Of a DNA stretch of 56,018 bases, positions 16,606 to 26,662 are shown in pieces. The stretch comes from Patescibacteria group bacterium (lineage in GTDB: Bacteria; Patescibacteriota; Patescibacteriia; JACRDY01): the NCBI GenBank assembly GCA_041671565.1, contig JBAZBH010000007.1, forward strand, positions 1-56,018. Reading direction: 5' to 3'. The position numbers and the translations under genes are program-made. The number at the start of each line of letters is the position of its first letter. The first letter of the stretch is position 1. The notes below the pieces were generated by a model. It was not told the origin of the DNA, did no database searches, and saw nothing but the letters and a program-made list of their open reading frames with translations.

Positions 16606-17460
16606 CTAAACTAATTTTATGTTTTTAAATATAATATCCATCAAACTAACCTGCCCCTCTTCGCCCTCTTTTTTATTCTCATAATTTTTAAAGGCAACGA
16701 TTTGAAAATCATAAGTATCGCCATTCAATAATTTCATTAATGATGATAAGGTATAATTATGATGATGAAAAGTGGTAAATTCCAACATCACATATTTAGT
16801 CAGCGCCAAAGCCCGACGCGCCCCGCCCCGCAAAACATGAGCTTCAAACGACTCGACATCAATTTTGATAATATCAATGCTGGTAAGGCGATTTTCCTCG
16901 ACCAGCCGGTCTAGGGTATTAGCCGATACTTCAATATCGCCTTGGGGATTGATCGCGCTAATCGCCAAGTCGCCGCGGCTGAACAACATTTTAACGGTCC
17001 CAACTTGATCGGTCACCGCCCGTTGAAACAATTTAATTTTAGAATCATCTTTAAAATTAGCAACTAGACAATTAAAAATCGCCGGCACCGGTTCAAAACC
17101 GTAAATCAAACAATCGGGATACAGCCTTCTAACCAGCTTGGAAAAATAACCCACCTGCGCGCCGACATCCAAAACCACCTTGGCGTCAGCTATCCGGGCG
17201 GTCTCTAACAGAGTTTGATGGGTAATCAACATGGTTTGATACGGCATAATACCTAGAGGCGAAGCATAATAAATTTGCTCGCCAAAAACCGTTGCCCGAT
17301 CCCGACCGAACTCAAATTTTTTAATAAACAAATGTTTAATTAACAACCAATTTCTAACCATTAAAAATTTGATTTTCTGTGACAAAGTCAATTTTTTTAA
17401 TCGCAAAAATTTAAAATCAGTGATTAAAAATTTGGCGACTAGCCAGATAGTTTTGGACAT
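16606..17460 (-). CDS. FkbM-family methyltransferase
   Basis: VLDVGAQVG, FEPVP, IKIDVESFE. Confidence 0.85.
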   Translation of the reverse strand: MSKTIWLVAKFLITDFKFLRLKKLTLSQKIKFLMVRNWLLIKHLFIKKFEFGRDRATVFGEQIYYASPLGIMPYQTMLITHQTLLETARIADAKVVLDVGAQVGYFSKLVRRLYPDCLIYGFEPVPAIFNCLVANFKDDSKIKLFQRAVTDQVGTVKMLFSRGDLAISAINPQGDIEVSANTLDRLVEENRLTSIDIIKIDVESFEAHVLRGGARRALALTKYVMLEFTTFHHHNYTLSSLMKLLNGDTYDFQIVAFKNYENKKEGEEGQVSLMDIIFKNIKLV

Positions 17461-17462
17461 AA

Positions 17463-18437
17463 CTATAATTTTATCTTATTTTGATACCACGCGATTGTTT
17501 CTTTTAATCCGGCGGCTAAGGAGCGGGAACGGGTTTCTGTCGCCAATTTCAATTTTGTAGCCGACAACACTCTTTCAGCCACTCCGCCTGATTTCTCGGG
17601 TAGGAGTTTAATCTTCTCCGGTTGGCAGCACAACTGGCTGATTAACTTGGCTAAATCTAAAATTGAAATCGTTTCGTCCGGCGCGATATTAATAATACTG
17701 TCTTGGCCGGCCTCCGCCATTTCCAAAATTAAACTGACTAAGTCTTTAACAAAAATAAAATTGCGCACCTGGCTGCCGTCGCCCCAAATTTCTATCTCTT
17801 GTTGACCTAAAACTTTTTTGATCATACTGGGAATTACCCGGTTGTTCTGGTCGCCAAATTTATCCCGCGGACCATAAACATTGACCGGCCGCGGCAAAAA
17901 AACTTTTAAACCGTATTGTTGCCCAAACAGCCGGCCCAAAATCTCAGAATATCTTTTGGATAAGACATAGCCGTTTTGCAAATTGTCAAAATTTTTCAAA
18001 TAATCATCAGTTTCAACAATCGGGCTGGCGGCGGATAACGGATACACTTCCGCCGAACTTAGTAAAACCACATTTTTAATCCCCTTTTCCCGGGCATAGT
18101 TTAAGATATTGGAAGTAATAATCATGTTAGCGTCGAGAATACGCGCCGAATTTTTGATTTTAAACTCCAGATTGCCATCCAAAGCGGCGCAACTGACAAT
18201 TAAATCAAAACCGGCGCCGACTGCCTTTAAACTATTAAGGTCCAACAAATCGACTGCCTGAAAATCTAAATTTTTAGCCGGTAAACCAAAACTAGTCAAA
18301 ACGCCAGCGCTAGCCTTAAAATAAAGTCCAGTGACCGCCGCGCCGGTTTGAGCCAGCTCTTCCACAAAATGAGAGCCAATAAAGCCCGAGGCGCCGGTAA
18401 CTAAAACTTTTTTATTTTGCCAAAAATCTTTGTTCAT
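17463..18437 (-). CDS. NAD-dependent nucleotide-sugar epimerase/dehydratase
   Basis: GASGFIG, YVLSK (YxxxK), NVYGP, IWGDGSQVRNF. Confidence 0.88.
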   Translation of the reverse strand: MNKDFWQNKKVLVTGASGFIGSHFVEELAQTGAAVTGLYFKASAGVLTSFGLPAKNLDFQAVDLLDLNSLKAVGAGFDLIVSCAALDGNLEFKIKNSARILDANMIITSNILNYAREKGIKNVVLLSSAEVYPLSAASPIVETDDYLKNFDNLQNGYVLSKRYSEILGRLFGQQYGLKVFLPRPVNVYGPRDKFGDQNNRVIPSMIKKVLGQQEIEIWGDGSQVRNFIFVKDLVSLILEMAEAGQDSIINIAPDETISILDLAKLISQLCCQPEKIKLLPEKSGGVAERVLSATKLKLATETRSRSLAAGLKETIAWYQNKIKL

Positions 18438-18449
18438 TTTTTAGTGATT

Positions 18450-19217
18450 CTAATCATTAAACCTGGCATAAATATCGCCAAAAATTGTTTGGTCAACTGC
18501 CGCTAATAATTGGCAAATTTCTTCGGCGCCGACCCAGTTGGCTAAAGTTAGATTCATCGACTCACCGATTGAATAATTAAATTTAACTGAGCCCAAGCCG
18601 GCTAAATGATTAATAGCTTTAATCGTCGGCTCTAAAAATTCTGGAGTGAACTCAAAAGAAATCGCCTTAATCGGCCGCGACAAACCTTTTAACACTTCAA
18701 ACTCAAAACCCTCTACATCAATTTTACAAAAAACCGGCTGGCCGTACTGGGTAATTAACTTATCTAAAGTGGTAATTTTGACTTTAACTTTCTTTTGCCA
18801 TTGGTAGTCGGCAAACCGGCCGCTATTTTTAACACCACTAATCCACTCCGGTGACATCGAGGAAAGCGTGTGCGCCTCGCTGATCATTATTTCCCCCTCA
18901 CCTGACTGAGAACCCAAGGCTTGGCCCACTAAAGTCACCAGCGGATTATAATTATATTTTTTTGCCAAATGCTGGTAGCATTTCTCTTGCGGCTCGACCG
19001 CCACGACTGTCGCGCCCAATTGCAAAAAAATTTCCGTCCGGTTGCCCAAGTTGGCGCCAACATCGAAACACAAATCGCCAGGCTGAATAAACTGGAAATA
19101 AAACTTTAACATTTTCCGCTGCTGCTGATAAGCCACCGGATTAATAAAACCCAACCAATCCTTAATAGCCCGGGCCGGACGATACAAGTGCAATAATTTT
19201 AATAACTTTACCAACAT
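18450..19217 (-). CDS. FkbM-family methyltransferase
   Basis: FDVGANLG, VEPQ, KIDVEGFE. Confidence 0.88.
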   Translation of the reverse strand: MLVKLLKLLHLYRPARAIKDWLGFINPVAYQQQRKMLKFYFQFIQPGDLCFDVGANLGNRTEIFLQLGATVVAVEPQEKCYQHLAKKYNYNPLVTLVGQALGSQSGEGEIMISEAHTLSSMSPEWISGVKNSGRFADYQWQKKVKVKITTLDKLITQYGQPVFCKIDVEGFEFEVLKGLSRPIKAISFEFTPEFLEPTIKAINHLAGLGSVKFNYSIGESMNLTLANWVGAEEICQLLAAVDQTIFGDIYARFND

Positions 19218-19225
19218 AGCTTTGA

Positions 19226-19254
19226 TTGACAATTTAAATATAATTTGCTATAAA
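19226..19254 (+). promoter_or_regulatory. near-consensus sigma70 promoter for the antisense orphan gene
   Basis: TTGACA-17 nt-TATAAA with extended TG. Confidence 0.7.
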
Positions 19255-19340
19255 GAAAGGTCTAGTTCATCTACAATTTAGCTTCTGGCTGGCAAAACCA
19301 TCGCCAGCGCCATCAACCCCCAATCTGAAGGAGTAGGAAA

Positions 19341-20057
19341 ATGCCAACATCTCACTGGATCGTAGTCGTCGGCGGAACGGTTGTTTATGATAATTCTTGC
19401 GGTTTCCGCACCAGCAATTACGGCGACCACACCTATTGCCCCGACAACCCCTCACCGATCGTCGGCTGTTCTTGCCGCGGTGAAGCGGCCGCCAAACTTT
19501 GGCGGCAAGATCAGGATGCCAAAGTCATCGTCCTGGGCGGCATCACGCCGTTTCATCAAAAAGAAGCTGAGATCAAAGGGTTCGCGCCCAATATTTGCTC
19601 GGCAACGACATTTCAAACGCCGCTCCTGGACAAAATCATCGCTCTGGAACTGGAAACACTCGGCGTTCCCAAAGACAACATCACCACCGTCGATCTGATT
19701 GCCCCCAACGGCGTTTTACTCGGCACCACCCACCAGCAGCTTCTGCACCTCCTGCGGCTGGCCGAAGACGCCCATCCGGAAGAAATCACAATCATCAGCA
19801 ACTTCTGGCAGGTGCGGCTGGCCGCCATGGCGCTCCGCGCGCCCGGCCTCGGCCCCGAATGCGCCATCAGCCCGACCCAACCTGGTGTCACTTATGACTT
19901 TGCTGAACGGATCCTGGGCATAGACCGCGACGAACTGCTCAAACTACCGGCAGCCCAACAACTTTGCAGTAACGAAGCCTGGGGCTTCGGTCTGGTGATG
20001 TCCCATACCTATAAATTCGGCACCATGCCGCAGGCCGGACCGACACCAGGCGCCTGA
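19341..20057 (+). CDS. orphan protein, weakly DUF218/YdcF(ElyC)-like
   Basis: VIVLGG and IISNFWQVRLA resemble DUF218 motifs; AAGGAG upstream; GC-richer than its flanks. Confidence 0.55.
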   Translation: MPTSHWIVVVGGTVVYDNSCGFRTSNYGDHTYCPDNPSPIVGCSCRGEAAAKLWRQDQDAKVIVLGGITPFHQKEAEIKGFAPNICSATTFQTPLLDKIIALELETLGVPKDNITTVDLIAPNGVLLGTTHQQLLHLLRLAEDAHPEEITIISNFWQVRLAAMALRAPGLGPECAISPTQPGVTYDFAERILGIDRDELLKLPAAQQLCSNEAWGFGLVMSHTYKFGTMPQAGPTPGA

Positions 20058-20068
20058 TCCTCAACCTC

Positions 20069-20124
20069 AACCGCTTTCCAACTCACGAGCAGCAGCTCTT
20101 GGCTTGGAAGGCGGTTATTTTTTT
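20069..20124 (+). terminator. intrinsic terminator
   Basis: AACCGCTTTCCAA...TTGGAAGGCGGTT followed by a T-tract. Confidence 0.7.
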
Positions 20125-20194
20125 CTTTAAAAAAGAACTTATAAGTTCTTGCCTGATTTTACCATAAAATTACGCTAAAAAACAGCCACGCCAA

Positions 20195-20707
20195 CTAACC
20201 TCGGCTAATCTCTCGGATCACTCGCGCCGGATTGCCCGCCGCCAGACAATTCGCCGGAATGTCGCCCGTGACCACACTGCCGGCACCAATCACCGAATTA
20301 TCGCCAATATGCACACCAGGCAAAATAATGCACCGGCTGGTCACCCAAACATTTTTACCAATATAAACCGGCCGCGCCACCACCGTCGACCAACTGGTCA
20401 AATCATGCTCGCCGGTAATCACCATATTGTCCCAAGAAAATCTAGTACCCTCGCCAATATAGACCGGCGCGTAGTCTAGAAACCAAGTATCCCCCAAAAT
20501 CACCTGCCGAGCATGCAGGCGACCATAAAGATAGCGAAAACCGGGAATAAAATCTATCTCTGAACAATTTTTGAGCTGGCGCCGGATCAGCCATTTGACG
20601 CCGGGAACCATGAGCGGCCACTTTAAATAGAGTAAAGCCAGCATCAGCCGGTTTTTGGGCGGCAACTGGCCGCGCTGAAAAATAATTTTTTCTTGGCTTT
20701 CGGTCAT
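20195..20707 (-). CDS. hexapeptide-repeat sugar acyltransferase
   Basis: PVYIGKNVWV, ILPGVHIGDNSVIGAGSVV, GNPARVI. Confidence 0.9.
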   Translation of the reverse strand: MTESQEKIIFQRGQLPPKNRLMLALLYLKWPLMVPGVKWLIRRQLKNCSEIDFIPGFRYLYGRLHARQVILGDTWFLDYAPVYIGEGTRFSWDNMVITGEHDLTSWSTVVARPVYIGKNVWVTSRCIILPGVHIGDNSVIGAGSVVTGDIPANCLAAGNPARVIREISRG

Positions 20708-21882
20708 AGATTTTTAAAAGCGGCGTTAAAAATATTTTCCCAGCTGTATTCCCTCCCCAGCGCCGTGGCGTTAGTTTTAAGCTCGCGATAAAACGCGCCG
20801 TCAGTCAAAAGCTTTTTTATCGCCTCAATTAACCCAATCTCACTCTCGGCCACCACTAGACCGGCGCGGCGGTCACGAATCACCTGGGCAATCGGTGAGA
20901 TATTAGTCATAATCACCGGCAAACTGGCGCCTAAATAGGTTTTGATTTTACCTGGGTCGGTGAACTGCTTAAAGCTATCCCTTTCAATAACATAAGGCGC
21001 TATACCAAAGTAGCAAGTAGCCAGAATTTGGTCAACTTCTTGATTCTCTTTAATAAAACCCTTGAATTCAATCTGACTAACTAACCCTAGCGCCGCAACT
21101 TTAGCGGTTAAACTTTCCCGAAGCGGGCCAGAACCAATAATCACCAGTCTGGTCTCGGGAACAGCCGTTGCCACTTGCGGCCAAAGATTAATCAACCGCT
21201 CAATCCCCTGCTCGGGACTAAGGATACCAAGAAAAACAACTTTTTTAATTAACAGCTCCATCGGCGGAAAACCCGAACTGACTACTGGATGACAACCCAC
21301 CGGCACTACGAGCTGTTTTTTTAAACTTTTAGTCGGAAAACCTTTGTCCAGTCTTTCTTTAATCATGGCTTCAGCTAGATTCCAAGTCCAGTCGGCATTT
21401 TTGGCGCAATACATTTCGATAGAGCAATAAATATAATTCAAAAGCCGATTCTGAAACCGTTCTGGCACATAGTCAATCACATAATAAACCACTTTTTTCA
21501 CCCGCCCCAATTTTCTTAAAACAATGCCGGCCAAAGCGTTGAGATTATCCACGCCAAAAAACAGTTCGACTTTGGGCGCCCGGAAAATAAAATAATACAG
21601 GGTAAAGAAAAAATCGCGGACGAAAAATAAAACTTCCGGACCCGCCACCTGCCTGCGCAGGCAGGCGCGCCAACCAATAACGGTTTTTTTTAATTCGCCA
21701 TTTTGATAGAGTTTAACCGTACTGTTCGACAACACGCCGTCACGAGCGGTTTTAAAAGGATGGGTGAGATAATAAATACTGGCTGTTTTATCTTTTAAGT
21801 AATTCAAAAGTTCCTCTTCAACCAAGCCGGTCGGGGTATAACTATGATGGACAATAGCGACTTGAGAAAATCTTGGTTTCAT
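20704..21882 (-). CDS. GT4 glycosyltransferase
   Basis: GT-B C-terminal motifs FLGIL, IIGSGP, PGKIKTYLGASLPVI. Confidence 0.85.
   Translation of the reverse strand: MKPRFSQVAIVHHSYTPTGLVEEELLNYLKDKTASIYYLTHPFKTARDGVLSNSTVKLYQNGELKKTVIGWRACLRRQVAGPEVLFFVRDFFFTLYYFIFRAPKVELFFGVDNLNALAGIVLRKLGRVKKVVYYVIDYVPERFQNRLLNYIYCSIEMYCAKNADWTWNLAEAMIKERLDKGFPTKSLKKQLVVPVGCHPVVSSGFPPMELLIKKVVFLGILSPEQGIERLINLWPQVATAVPETRLVIIGSGPLRESLTAKVAALGLVSQIEFKGFIKENQEVDQILATCYFGIAPYVIERDSFKQFTDPGKIKTYLGASLPVIMTNISPIAQVIRDRRAGLVVAESEIGLIEAIKKLLTDGAFYRELKTNATALGREYSWENIFNAAFKNL
21648..21665. repeat. perfect 18-bp palindrome inside a coding sequence
   Basis: CCTGCCTGCGCAGGCAGG, read as ACLRRQV. Confidence 0.8.
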
Positions 21883-21890
21883 GCGGCGGA

Positions 21891-22670
21891 TTATTTATAA
21901 CCAATGGCGATAATATCTAAGGCGTCGGCTGCGCCAGGCTTAATCACAAAGTCCAAGTTATTAATCAAGCTACCAACCGGTGATAGCTTTTTTCTTAAAA
22001 AAATTGCCCCTAAGTTAAACAAAAAAATCAAAACCGGCCGCGGCAAAATTTTTCTAACTTTAAAAATATCCAGCCGAAAAATATTTTTTATCCGTTGCTC
22101 ACGCGCCCGTTCATATTTTTCTACTTTGTCATTGCCATAAAGGCCATAAATTTCTACCCGAGAAAAATATTGGGTTAAAAGCTCTTCGAGCTCGGCGGGG
22201 AAAAATTCCTTAAAGTGATAAGGGTTTTCATTAAAATCGGACCTAGCTTTGTTGGGAGTAGACAAGATAAATAAACCGTCTTTAACCAACAATTGTGAAA
22301 CTAAACTGACAAAACCTTGGTAATTTTTTAAATGTTCAATCACTTGTAAAGCAATGACCGCATCAAACGGTCCGACCCCAGAATCTAACTTACTAATATC
22401 AGCTACGCTAAATTTTAAATTGGATAAAATATATTTATTTTTGGCGTTGGTGATAGCTTTGGCATCGGTATCAATCGCCAGCACTTCTTTAGCCTTACCA
22501 GCAAACTGGCTGGCGCCAAAGCCACTGCCGCAACCCAAATCCAAAACTTTTTTATTGGCCAGATATTTTAAACAAAAATTATAAACCGCGGCGTGCTGCT
22601 GAAATATCGGATCAAGATACTTTGGCAACTCCGGGCGGCTGCTTTCACCGGGTAAAATTTTAGCTTTCAT
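21891..22670 (-). CDS. class I SAM-dependent methyltransferase
   Basis: VLDLGCGSG, QVIEHL, LSTPN. Confidence 0.9.
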   Translation of the reverse strand: MKAKILPGESSRPELPKYLDPIFQQHAAVYNFCLKYLANKKVLDLGCGSGFGASQFAGKAKEVLAIDTDAKAITNAKNKYILSNLKFSVADISKLDSGVGPFDAVIALQVIEHLKNYQGFVSLVSQLLVKDGLFILSTPNKARSDFNENPYHFKEFFPAELEELLTQYFSRVEIYGLYGNDKVEKYERAREQRIKNIFRLDIFKVRKILPRPVLIFLFNLGAIFLRKKLSPVGSLINNLDFVIKPGAADALDIIAIGYK

Positions 22671-23685
22671 ATTTTTGAGTTCTTCTCGCCAGTAGATGGT
22701 TAATCTGCCATTTAAGATAAATCCAAGCGTACATTAAAGGCACCGTCAAACAAAAAACCGGATGCCAAAACCAGGCTAAATCAGGTTTTTTAATATATCC
22801 CCTTAAGCTTTGGCTAAAAGGATAGATTAGAGTAACCATCAGAAACAAACTGACAAAAAATCTGGCTGAACCGAGGTTATAAGTATATTTTCTCAAAGGG
22901 CGAAAACTAAGAAATAAAACCAGATTGCGGCAAAGTTTTTTATGAAACTGCCAGAAACTATTAATATAATTATGCTCAACCGCCAGCTTCATTAAAACAA
23001 AATCGCCATAACCTTTTTCCGCTAATTCATAAATTGAATCTAGGTGAAAAAAATACGGCTGCCAAGCGGTGGCCGATAAAATTAAATCTTTTCTGATCAG
23101 ACAGCCTTGGGAGCCGAGAGTCGGTAAATTATTAATATCAAACTTAACCAAAAAATAATTGGCGGTTTGGCGAACGAGCGCGCCTTGATATATTTTTTCA
23201 GTTACCGCGGGCGCTAAAATTGTTCTCTGGCTCAGAAAGTAGACTAACGGATCATTGGTGCCAAACAATTCACAATAACGATTATAAATATTATGGTTTT
23301 TTTGATAATGCCAATAAATCGCCTGCGCGCCGACAGCTTTTGGATTATCAACCAAAGCTTGCGTAGCTTTAGCCAACCAGTCAACGCCAACCAAAAAAAC
23401 ATCAGCATCCAAGAATAAAATCAGCTCGCCGTTCGCCTCAGCCAGGCCCAAACTCTTTGACTTTTCAATATGCTTAAAACCGCTGAAAATCACTCGCGCG
23501 CCGAACCGCTCGGCGATTGCCACCGTCTCGTCTGTCGAATAATCGTCAATCACTATAATCTCAACTTTTTCCCGAGGATAACCTTGCCCGCAAATTGCCG
23601 CTAAACAGCGCGGCAAATTTCCGGCTTCGTTAAAAGTCGGAATAATCACCGAGATTAATGGCAAATCATCTTCTAGCTGAACCAT
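22660..23685 (-). CDS. GT2 glycosyltransferase
   Basis: SVIIPTFNE, DDYSTD, LDAD. Confidence 0.88.
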   Translation of the reverse strand: MVQLEDDLPLISVIIPTFNEAGNLPRCLAAICGQGYPREKVEIIVIDDYSTDETVAIAERFGARVIFSGFKHIEKSKSLGLAEANGELILFLDADVFLVGVDWLAKATQALVDNPKAVGAQAIYWHYQKNHNIYNRYCELFGTNDPLVYFLSQRTILAPAVTEKIYQGALVRQTANYFLVKFDINNLPTLGSQGCLIRKDLILSATAWQPYFFHLDSIYELAEKGYGDFVLMKLAVEHNYINSFWQFHKKLCRNLVLFLSFRPLRKYTYNLGSARFFVSLFLMVTLIYPFSQSLRGYIKKPDLAWFWHPVFCLTVPLMYAWIYLKWQINHLLARRTQKYES

Positions 23686-23690
23686 AAAGT

Positions 23691-24752
23691 TTAAATGAAA
23701 TTCTGAGGATCGAGTTGAGAAAACTTTTTCCGGCGCCGGAAAAAATAATCAATGATGACACTGCGGCGATATAACCGAGCCGGTAAAACTAGCGGCGAAT
23801 TTAACCGTTCGGCTCGGATTTGCCAATGCCGCCGCCAAATCTGTGGACTAAGCCAGACTAAATGAAGATAAGCGCCAATCACCCCCAGCCAGCTAAACGC
23901 TAGCGGACTAATAACAATATAATAAACTAAGGCAACCGCGTCCAAGCCTAGCCGCACAGTCAGATAGCGCCACCATTCGGCGACGGTGTAATTTTTGAGT
24001 AGCAGAATCAAGCCATTGCGGTGCGAATAAAAAACTTTTTTATAAGTTGGCTCCAGGCCCATAGTGCCGGCGCCCTGATGATAAACCACGGACTGCGGCA
24101 CACTGACCAGACGATAGCCGGCGTGGTTGATCCGCCAACAGAGGTCCGACTCCTCGCCGTACATAAAAAAAATCTCGTCAAAAACTCCGACTTTATCCAG
24201 AATTTCTTTCCTAGTCATTAGGGCGGTGCCCGAGCACCAGACCAAGTCCGCCACTTCGTCATACTGCCCGGCATCTTTTTCTAAGGTATAGAATATTCGC
24301 CCGCGCGAAAAAGGAAAACCATAAACATCCATAAAACCGCCGGCGGCGCCGGCGTATTCAAAATAGTCTTTATTTTTTATGTCTTTAATCTTCGGCTGAA
24401 CCGCGCCGACTTCCGGGTGACTCTCCAGATACTCAACCATCGGTTGCAACCAACCAACGGCCACCTCCGTGTCGTTGTTGAGAAAAACTACAAAACCGCT
24501 ATTGACTCGACTTAAACCCAGATTACAGCCGCCGCCAAAACCCAAATTTTCATCCAAACGGATAAACTCTAACCTAGAATTGCCTTGATGTTGGTTAAAA
24601 AAATTCTGATATTTTGATTCATCTGAACCATTATCAACTAAAATTATCTTTAAATTATCATAGCCGCAGTTTAACAAAGACTGGACGCAACTGGCGGTAT
24701 AAAAATACTGATTAAAAGTAACAATAATAATATTGACTAACGGTAAGGTCAT
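23691..24752 (-). CDS. GT2 glycosyltransferase (WbbL/RfbF-like)
   Basis: VDNGS, NLGFGGGCN, FLNND, EESDLCWR. Confidence 0.88.
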   Translation of the reverse strand: MTLPLVNIIIVTFNQYFYTASCVQSLLNCGYDNLKIILVDNGSDESKYQNFFNQHQGNSRLEFIRLDENLGFGGGCNLGLSRVNSGFVVFLNNDTEVAVGWLQPMVEYLESHPEVGAVQPKIKDIKNKDYFEYAGAAGGFMDVYGFPFSRGRIFYTLEKDAGQYDEVADLVWCSGTALMTRKEILDKVGVFDEIFFMYGEESDLCWRINHAGYRLVSVPQSVVYHQGAGTMGLEPTYKKVFYSHRNGLILLLKNYTVAEWWRYLTVRLGLDAVALVYYIVISPLAFSWLGVIGAYLHLVWLSPQIWRRHWQIRAERLNSPLVLPARLYRRSVIIDYFFRRRKKFSQLDPQNFI

Positions 24753-24763
24753 ATCAAGTATAA

Positions 24764-25810
24764 TTAAACGCAAGGTTTCCGCTTATCCCGTTCATATCTG
24801 ATCAAGGCAACCGCGGTTTTGACTAAATTTTTAAAATCTAAACCAAGTTGGGCGGTGACCGGACCCAAAAATTCTTTATCCACCACGCGGCGAACCTTGG
24901 TCTGAATCTCTTTTCTTTTTCTTAAAGTCGCCGGCAAATGAATCAAGTTATAATATAACGCCTTAATCACGGCGTAGGAATTATAATATTGGCCGATCAA
25001 TAAGAAAAAAATAACCAGCCCGAAATTAAAGGCTAAATACACTGGGATCAGCCTGATTAAAGTCCCGAGCGATAAAGTTTTTAGATAAGTCGCCAGACGA
25101 TTTTTGAATGAATGGTATTGAACGGTGTAATCTCTAACAAAAGATCCGGTTGAGCCGCCGATCGCGTGCCAAGCCACGGCCCGGGGATAATACCAGCACT
25201 GATAACCGGCCAGCCAAACCCGCACGCAAAAATCAGTTTCTTCAAAATAACACCAATAATCATTGTCAAACAACCCGCCGGCTTTTTGCACCATCTCCGT
25301 TTTAAACATCATCGCCGCTCCTTTAAGGCCAAAGGCGGGAAAACTTTTATTGTGCTCGGGCAAGTCGGCCGGCCCGAAGTTGCCAATGTGCTTCAAAAAA
25401 CCGGTCCAAGTAAAATAAGAGCCGCAAGAATCCAGTTTGTCCGGCTCATGCATAAAAATCAACTTCGGCTGGACACAGCCCAACTGGGGAATTTCCTCGT
25501 AAGCCTTGAGCAAATCAGCTAAAAGCGTGGGTGAGGCTTTGGCATCCGGGCTAAACAAAAAAATATAATCGCCGCTAACCTTTGGCAAACCCAAATTATT
25601 GCCGCCGGCAAAACCGCTATTACTGTGATTTTCGATAATAATTGTTTCGGGATAATTGGCGCGAATAAAATCAAGACTATCATCGCGCGAGCCGTTATCA
25701 ACAAAAATAATTTCAAAATCCCTATGCGTCTGCGCGGCTAAAGAACTGAAACAACCGGGCAGCCAGACCCGGCTGTTATAGCCGACAATAATAACGGAAA
25801 TTTTATTCAT
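24764..25810 (-). CDS. GT2 glycosyltransferase
   Basis: VDNGSRD, GFAGGNN, EETDFCVR. Confidence 0.88.
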   Translation of the reverse strand: MNKISVIIVGYNSRVWLPGCFSSLAAQTHRDFEIIFVDNGSRDDSLDFIRANYPETIIIENHSNSGFAGGNNLGLPKVSGDYIFLFSPDAKASPTLLADLLKAYEEIPQLGCVQPKLIFMHEPDKLDSCGSYFTWTGFLKHIGNFGPADLPEHNKSFPAFGLKGAAMMFKTEMVQKAGGLFDNDYWCYFEETDFCVRVWLAGYQCWYYPRAVAWHAIGGSTGSFVRDYTVQYHSFKNRLATYLKTLSLGTLIRLIPVYLAFNFGLVIFFLLIGQYYNSYAVIKALYYNLIHLPATLRKRKEIQTKVRRVVDKEFLGPVTAQLGLDFKNLVKTAVALIRYERDKRKPCV

Positions 25811-26658
25811 ATAGTTTTATAACCGTCTCGCTTAATTTTTTTATATTGCCAAACATAATAATAAGTCAAAATATGGAACAAACTGTGCAGAAAACCAGCT
25901 TTCAGAACAATAAATTTTCTGGTTTTAATAAAATCTTTAATCCCCAAACAATTATAAAAAACCAGTGAACCTAAAATACCGAATAACAACGGATGATTAA
26001 TGCGAATCCTCACTCGCGGCGGCCAATCCTTAATCTCCGGCGGACAATTATATCTGATAAAACCGCTAAAATCTCGGAGATAATAATCGGCGTGAATTTT
26101 ACACCAACTAGTCCACTTCCTTTTGAAAGTTCGCAGACTCAGATTATCGTAATTAGGCCGATGCTCCAGGCCGAAATTAAGCTTCTTGATTTTTACCGCT
26201 TGATTGACCGGCTGAAAAAATTCTGAAGGCGCGCCAATAAGATAAAAAAACTTTTTATTGAATAAGGCTCTTTTCCGATAAAACTTATAATAATGGCCCT
26301 GATAAAGGGTCGGCCAAATTAAATCGTAACCTTGGTATTCTGACTGATTAATTAATTCTGGCAAATGGGCTTTTAATTCGTCAGAAACAAATTCGTCAGC
26401 GTCTAAAACTAAAACCCAATCATTACTTACCTTTTCTAAACCAGTTACCCGGTGCATACAAGGTATGCCCATCCGTTCCGCGGTAATATAAATTTTATCA
26501 GTATACTTCTTGGCAATCTCAATTGAACGATCGGAGCAAGGGCCGTCGTGAATAATAATTATTTCATCAGCAAAATCCTGGCAAGAAGCCAGGCAACGAT
26601 CCAAGACATCTTCATTGTTATAAATTACGGCAAAAACCGAAATTGGCAATTTATTCAT
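25807..26658 (-). CDS. GT2 glycosyltransferase
   Basis: WVLVLDADE. Confidence 0.85.
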   Translation of the reverse strand: MNKLPISVFAVIYNNEDVLDRCLASCQDFADEIIIIHDGPCSDRSIEIAKKYTDKIYITAERMGIPCMHRVTGLEKVSNDWVLVLDADEFVSDELKAHLPELINQSEYQGYDLIWPTLYQGHYYKFYRKRALFNKKFFYLIGAPSEFFQPVNQAVKIKKLNFGLEHRPNYDNLSLRTFKRKWTSWCKIHADYYLRDFSGFIRYNCPPEIKDWPPRVRIRINHPLLFGILGSLVFYNCLGIKDFIKTRKFIVLKAGFLHSLFHILTYYYVWQYKKIKRDGYKTI

Positions 26659-26662
26659 ATAA

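Noticed and set aside
19267-19923. Several overlapping alternative-frame ORFs here, and the many short antisense ORFs across the window
   Set aside because: Shadow ORFs of longer, motif-bearing genes.
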